From NCBI GenBank assembly GCA_964514975.1, contig CAZESS010000024.1:1-26534 (forward strand): a DNA stretch of 26,534 nucleotides, given 5' to 3'. Each line of letters begins with the position of its first letter. Positions within the stretch are counted from its first letter, which is position 1. Shown piece by piece: positions 22,218-26,534 of this stretch. A model generated the notes under the pieces. That model made no database searches. It saw only the letters and a list, made by a program, of their open reading frames with translations, and was not told the DNA's origin. The position numbers and the translations under genes are program-made. The stretch comes from an uncultured Thermoplasmatales archaeon. Lineage in GTDB: Archaea > Thermoplasmatota > E2 > UBA202 > DSCA01.

Positions 22218-25076
22218 TTAGCTGTGGTCGACGAGATCGATGGAGATATCCTCCATGACGGGCAGGATGTCGCCGAAGCCACCCGTTACTTTGATGACGT
22301 TGCCAATCTCCGGGGCATAGTACACCCGTCCGATGTCCCGTATCATGCCGACATACCGGGCGTCATAGGTCCCGGCGGGCACCGACACCTGCACATGGTC
22401 GCCGCACTGGAACAGATGGATGTCATGATACAGGGGGTCCTCCACCGACGGGGTCTCCAGGTCATCGGCCGACATGTTGAACAGGGATAGGATCTCGCGG
22501 GCGGTGACAACCGGCAGCATGTCCGCAAGGTAGTCGGGGAGGAGCTCCATGCCGACCAGGCCACCCAGGGTGTCGGCGAGATGCGCAACACGGAACCAGA
22601 ACGACATGATTGTCCCCTCCAGGTCGACGTCGACCGCCGGCAGCCCCCAGGAATCGCCGGCGTCCAGCGGAAACGAGAGCAGCGGGTACTCGTCCTCGAG
22701 CTGCGCGTCCATGTCCACGTTGACGACAATGGGGACGACGTTGAGGAGCTTCTCCACAAACGGTGGCAGCGAGCCGAGCGGCAGGCTGTCCGGGTCAACG
22801 GTGAGCGAGAGCTGCGCGTCCATCGCGGTGATGCCCAGGGTATCCGCATCGAAGACAAGATGGCCGTCGAGGGTGCCGTCGGACACCGCGCCGGTCAGCC
22901 GGGCTGGCTGGCCGCCCCCGAGGTCGAGGACGCTATCTATCGAAAGCGAAAGGTCCTCGGCATGAAAAGATGTCCGGTAGGAGGCACCGGTTGCCTCGAC
23001 CACCTCGAGGGTGACATCTCCGATGGAAAAGGACAGGTCAACCGAGCGGTTGTCCACCTCGTCAAACGCAAAGGTCACGTCGTCGACGGCATACGTCCAG
23101 CGCATGCCCTCCTCCCAGGTGGGAACGTCGTCCATCGACGCCGGCGACGAATTACCGGGTGAAAACATTGAGGTACCATCGGCATCAGCCTGCCCCCGGG
23201 TGCGTGCACCGCCGATCTGGAGGCTGGGGTCGCCGAGGAGCGCCCAGGACTCAATGGTTTTCCGGTCGATCTGGTCGCTGTTCACCCCGCCGATGATGGA
23301 GATGTAGTCGGTGATGGCCTGGCCGTGCGCGGCGCCGAGGGTGTCCATGCCCTGCTGTGCATATGCATTGAAGAAACGGGGTTCTATCCAGCCGCCGAGG
23401 CCCTCGGTACAGTAGCTGTTGATGTAGCCATATCCATAGCCGGTGTACCCGACAGTTCCGATTGAGCCGCCGGTCATGAGGGCCATCCATGAGGCGCCGT
23501 CATGCGGATAGTATTCGCCGTGCGCCATCGCCGCCTCGTTGCCGTCGATGAGGTGCTGCACGGAGACGTTGAACTGGGCGTTGTGGCAGCCGCCGATAAC
23601 CACGACGGGCAGGCGGTCGCCGTTTTCATATTTCCAGATGTCGAAATCGGTGAAGCCGAGGACGAATTCCTCCTCGGTCTCCGCATCCGGCAAAAAGTTG
23701 CCCCACACGCCCGGGTTGCCGTGGCCCGAGAAATATGCGAAGCCGGCACCGGCGGTGAACGCGTCGACGATCTGCTGGTAGCTGTGGAAGCTGCCATCAG
23801 AGGTGTACATTTTCTGCACATTGAAATCATTGGAGAGCTGCGCCGCGACCTGGTCGGCCACCAGCTCGCCTTCGTAGACGCCCTGTTCGATGACGCCGTG
23901 CTCGTCGCGGGCAGGCGGAGACGTGTCACCGGCGGCCATGAACATCTGCTTGAACCAGGAGCTGTCGGCCCCGGTCTCGTAGGCGATGATTTTATCGACC
24001 ACGGTGCCGACCTCCCAGGAATACCGGATGGGCAGCCTGCCAACATATACGTCCGGGTAGAAATCCATCTCGTCCCGCGGCGCCCCGAACTGTCCGTATT
24101 CGGCGATGACGCCGTTGCCGTTGCTATCCCAGTCAGCGAAATCACCGTCAGCATCGTACACATCAGCGTAGTACATGTCTGAGGCGTAGCCGCTCTCCAT
24201 GTCGGCGTCGTTGTTGCTCCGCGCCTCGGGGATATACCAGTCAAGGGTCTGCCCCTTCCGGCCGCCCGCCAGCAGGACATAGTCGACGCCGTAGTCCTCT
24301 ATGGCGTCCCTGATGTAGCGCTTGATACGCTCGGGGTTGTCCCGCCCGTTGTATGAGCTATAGATGTGCTGCGTGGTCTGGACCAGCGTCGGGACGCCCA
24401 GGCTTTCCTTGTGGTCAGCGAGGCGCTCCATCTCCGCCCTGAACGTCTGGTCGGTTATGACCAGCAGGTCGTAGATGTCTGCGGTGAGCAACGGCTCCGC
24501 GGGCGGGGTGTGCTCCACCCGGATGTCCACGTGCTCCGGGCAGCGCAGCATGTTTGCCGAGGGAATGTACTGCGGGTAGCAGCTCACGGTAACGTGGAGT
24601 ACGTGCTCGCCGTGTTGCAGCCCGGTGCCCTGTCTTACCCGGTATGGCTCCGCAGGGTAGGGAGCATTGCAGTCATATATCTCCGGGTCGGGTGTCACAT
24701 CGGGAGCGATGCCGCTGGGCTCCGCGGTGCGGGGAGCGGGACGGGGTGCCGGCGCTATCCTTTGCTCGAGGTGATAGGTCGTGGTTGAGAGGTCGACGCT
24801 GACATCCCTGATGGATGTGCCGAAGGGAAACGTGAACGTCTCGGTGTACACGGGGAGCACCGGCGCGCCTGTTTCCAGCAGCAGCGAGGTCGCCTCCTTC
24901 ATTCTGATTGCGGTGTAGGCATTTTGCTCATGGATGTCGGGCGGGGAAAACGTCGCCCTGGTCGATGCGGTCAGCACATCGGGGCCATCGCCGTCATTTG
25001 ATGTGCCGAGCGTGGCCATGCCGACCGCGCTGAGCACCAGCAGACAGGTTATTCCAAGAGAGATAAACCGTTTCAT
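22218..25076 (-). CDS. secreted C25 (gingipain-like) cysteine peptidase with propeptide and large C-terminal domain
   Basis: Signal peptide MKRFISLGITCLLVLSAVG; propeptide GAPVLPV; YVLLAG, SDMYYAD, PDVYVGRLP, SGHGN (His), GGCHN (Cys), LLGDPSL. Start uncertain among ATGs at 25076-25094. Confidence 0.88.
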   Translation of the reverse strand: MKRFISLGITCLLVLSAVGMATLGTSNDGDGPDVLTASTRATFSPPDIHEQNAYTAIRMKEATSLLLETGAPVLPVYTETFTFPFGTSIRDVSVDLSTTTYHLEQRIAPAPRPAPRTAEPSGIAPDVTPDPEIYDCNAPYPAEPYRVRQGTGLQHGEHVLHVTVSCYPQYIPSANMLRCPEHVDIRVEHTPPAEPLLTADIYDLLVITDQTFRAEMERLADHKESLGVPTLVQTTQHIYSSYNGRDNPERIKRYIRDAIEDYGVDYVLLAGGRKGQTLDWYIPEARSNNDADMESGYASDMYYADVYDADGDFADWDSNGNGVIAEYGQFGAPRDEMDFYPDVYVGRLPIRYSWEVGTVVDKIIAYETGADSSWFKQMFMAAGDTSPPARDEHGVIEQGVYEGELVADQVAAQLSNDFNVQKMYTSDGSFHSYQQIVDAFTAGAGFAYFSGHGNPGVWGNFLPDAETEEEFVLGFTDFDIWKYENGDRLPVVVIGGCHNAQFNVSVQHLIDGNEAAMAHGEYYPHDGASWMALMTGGSIGTVGYTGYGYGYINSYCTEGLGGWIEPRFFNAYAQQGMDTLGAAHGQAITDYISIIGGVNSDQIDRKTIESWALLGDPSLQIGGARTRGQADADGTSMFSPGNSSPASMDDVPTWEEGMRWTYAVDDVTFAFDEVDNRSVDLSFSIGDVTLEVVEATGASYRTSFHAEDLSLSIDSVLDLGGGQPARLTGAVSDGTLDGHLVFDADTLGITAMDAQLSLTVDPDSLPLGSLPPFVEKLLNVVPIVVNVDMDAQLEDEYPLLSFPLDAGDSWGLPAVDVDLEGTIMSFWFRVAHLADTLGGLVGMELLPDYLADMLPVVTAREILSLFNMSADDLETPSVEDPLYHDIHLFQCGDHVQVSVPAGTYDARYVGMIRDIGRVYYAPEIGNVIKVTGGFGDILPVMEDISIDLVDHS

Positions 25077-25173
25077 GGATATCATCATGTCCATGTGTGC
25101 TCGATATATAATACTTATGAGAATGAAGCGGGGAGCCAGAAAACGTTTTTTAACCCCGCCGGGTTGAGGGTGC

Positions 25174-25581
25174 ATGACGTACCCTGCTGAAAAACCGGAG
25201 GACGAATGGCGCCGCCGGCTGTCCCGCCGGGCATACCATGTCCTGCGGGAGCAGGGCACCGAGCCGCCGTTCACCGGCGAATATTATGACCGCCATATGG
25301 AGGGTGTCTACCGCTGCGCTGGCTGCGGCGCCCCGCTGTTTGCATCGGACGACAAATATGACTCGGGCTCGGGCTGGCCGAGCTTCACCGCACCGGCAGC
25401 GCAGGATGCCGTTGAGCTGCGGCGGGATAAGAGCCATGGCATGCACCGCACCGAGGTGCTATGCAGCAGATGCGGCGGCCACCTCGGCCACGTGTTCGAC
25501 GACGGGCCGGAGCCGACGGGGAAACGCTACTGCATCAATTCCGCCGCCCTGGACTTCGCGGCAAAGCAAAAAAATGATTAA
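25174..25581 (+). CDS. msrB: peptide-methionine (R)-S-oxide reductase
   Basis: [42 protein letters not shown]. Confidence 0.97.
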   Translation: MTYPAEKPEDEWRRRLSRRAYHVLREQGTEPPFTGEYYDRHMEGVYRCAGCGAPLFASDDKYDSGSGWPSFTAPAAQDAVELRRDKSHGMHRTEVLCSRCGGHLGHVFDDGPEPTGKRYCINSAALDFAAKQKND

Positions 25582-25601
25582 GGCACGGGCGTTGTGAGCA
25601 C

Positions 25602-26324
25602 ATGACCGAGCTGCTCTACATGGACGACATCGACGCAAACTACATCCGGGAGTTCGACGGAGTGGTCACCAAGAGCAAAAAAGACTACATCGTCCTCGAC
25701 CGGAGCGCCTTCTATCCCGAGGGCGGCGGCCAGCCATCCGACACCGGCATCCTCCAATGGAACGAGCATGAAGCACGGGTGGCCCATGTCGCCAAAAAGG
25801 GCATCGTCAAGCACACACTCGAGGAAGACCTGCCGCCCGAGGGCACCGAAGTCCACGGCATCCTGGACTGGGAGCGGCGCTACAAGCACATGCAGATGCA
25901 CACCGCCCAGCACATCATCTCCGGCGTCGTCTACGACCTTCACGAGGCGAGAACGGTCGGCAATCAAATCCATGCGGACTATTCACGCGTCGACTTCAAG
26001 CCAGCCTCGTTCACCGACGACGACCTCGGAGCCATCGAAGCAACATGCAACGAGGTCATCGCCACCGACGCCGCGGTCGCCATCACCGAGGAAGACCGGG
26101 GCAGGCTCGAACAGCGGGTCAACCCCGAGCGATGCAACCTCGACCTGCTTCCATCCTCGATACAGCGGCTGCGCATCGTCACCATCGAGGGATTCGACGT
26201 CTGCCCCTGCGCCGGCACCCATGTCCGCAACACGGGCGAGATACCCTCCATCGAGATAACGAAACGGGAGAGCAAGGGCAAAGACACGGAGCGCATCGTA
26301 TACCGGCTCCAGGATGAGCGATAA
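25602..26324 (+). CDS. alaX: alanyl-tRNA editing protein AlaX (AlaX-M type)
   Basis: FYPEGGGQPSD, HMQMHTAQH (HxxxH), CPCAGTH (CxxxH); 240 aa. Confidence 0.93.
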   Translation: MTELLYMDDIDANYIREFDGVVTKSKKDYIVLDRSAFYPEGGGQPSDTGILQWNEHEARVAHVAKKGIVKHTLEEDLPPEGTEVHGILDWERRYKHMQMHTAQHIISGVVYDLHEARTVGNQIHADYSRVDFKPASFTDDDLGAIEATCNEVIATDAAVAITEEDRGRLEQRVNPERCNLDLLPSSIQRLRIVTIEGFDVCPCAGTHVRNTGEIPSIEITKRESKGKDTERIVYRLQDER

Positions 26325-26327
26325 CGC

Positions 26328-26335
26328 TTTTATAT
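26328..26335 (+). promoter_or_regulatory. TATA box for the terminal peptidase gene
   Basis: TTTTATAT starting 27 nt before ATG 26355. Confidence 0.6.
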
Positions 26336-26354
26336 CGCCGGGAAATGCAGTACC

Positions 26355-26534
26355 ATGTATCGTTTTCCGCGCTCGCTGGCCGCCGCGGCGGTCCTCCTCG
26401 TACTGGTAACGGCCGGGATGCTACCCGCGGCGCTGACCACCACCTCTGCGGGCACAGGCGACGGTGAGCTCCCCGAGCGGTATGATTTGCGTGATGTTGA
26501 TGGGCGGAGCTATGTGACCTCGGTGAAAAGCCAG
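26355..26534 (+). CDS. 3'-truncated secreted C1A (papain-family) peptidase (not in ORF track)
   Basis: MYRFPRSLAAAAVLLVLVTAGMLPAA signal peptide, then LPERYDLRDVDGRSYVTSVKSQ, the classic papain N-terminal motif ending at the oxyanion Gln; runs off the window. Confidence 0.85.
   Translation, partial: MYRFPRSLAAAAVLLVLVTAGMLPAALTTTSAGTGDGELPERYDLRDVDGRSYVTSVKSQ

Noticed and set aside
25174-25581. Possible selenocysteine MsrB or recoded stops
   Set aside because: The catalytic residue is a TGC Cys (RYCINS); no in-frame TGA/TAG interrupts any recognisable gene.
1-26534. Mobile element, provirus, tRNA or rRNA
   Set aside because: No integrase/transposase motifs, terminal repeats, compositional shift or cloverleaf seen; the intergenic gaps are short and mostly promoter-like.

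Overview
GC-rich, gene-dense archaeal chromosomal segment with no mobile element, CRISPR array or recognisable RNA gene. It is most consistent with Thermoplasmatota of the E2/Izemarchaea (MBG-D-like) kind. This is an inference from egsA, eL31/eL39/eS19/eIF6, TATA-type leaderless promoters, a gingipain-like C25 peptidase and C1A peptidases with an ERFP-type tail. Content: carbamate kinase, hisS, sepF, RaSEA, kptA/Tpt1, a TIGR00725 (SLOG) protein, a membrane double-zinc-ribbon protein, purS-purL, a cold-shock protein, an atypical adk, ubiX, the rps19e-PDCD5-rpl39e-rpl31e-eIF6-rpl18a-pfdA-ftsY cluster, an MFS transporter, egsA, UPF0179, a stand-alone nurA-herA pair, a Trm9-like methyltransferase, DUF131, uppS, a C25 peptidase, msrB and alaX. 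Partial C1A-type peptidase genes lie at both window ends. The best leads are: (i) a 40-aa microprotein with its own TATA box heading a nurA-herA pair that lacks mre11/rad50 and whose HerA ends in a PIP-like tail; (ii) a candidate C-terminal amphipathic sorting signal on a secreted peptidase; (iii) a ~125-aa acidic extension on eL31; (iv) an adenylate kinase with a ~36-aa insertion and altered P-loop. All family calls come from motif recognition by eye; no searches were run.
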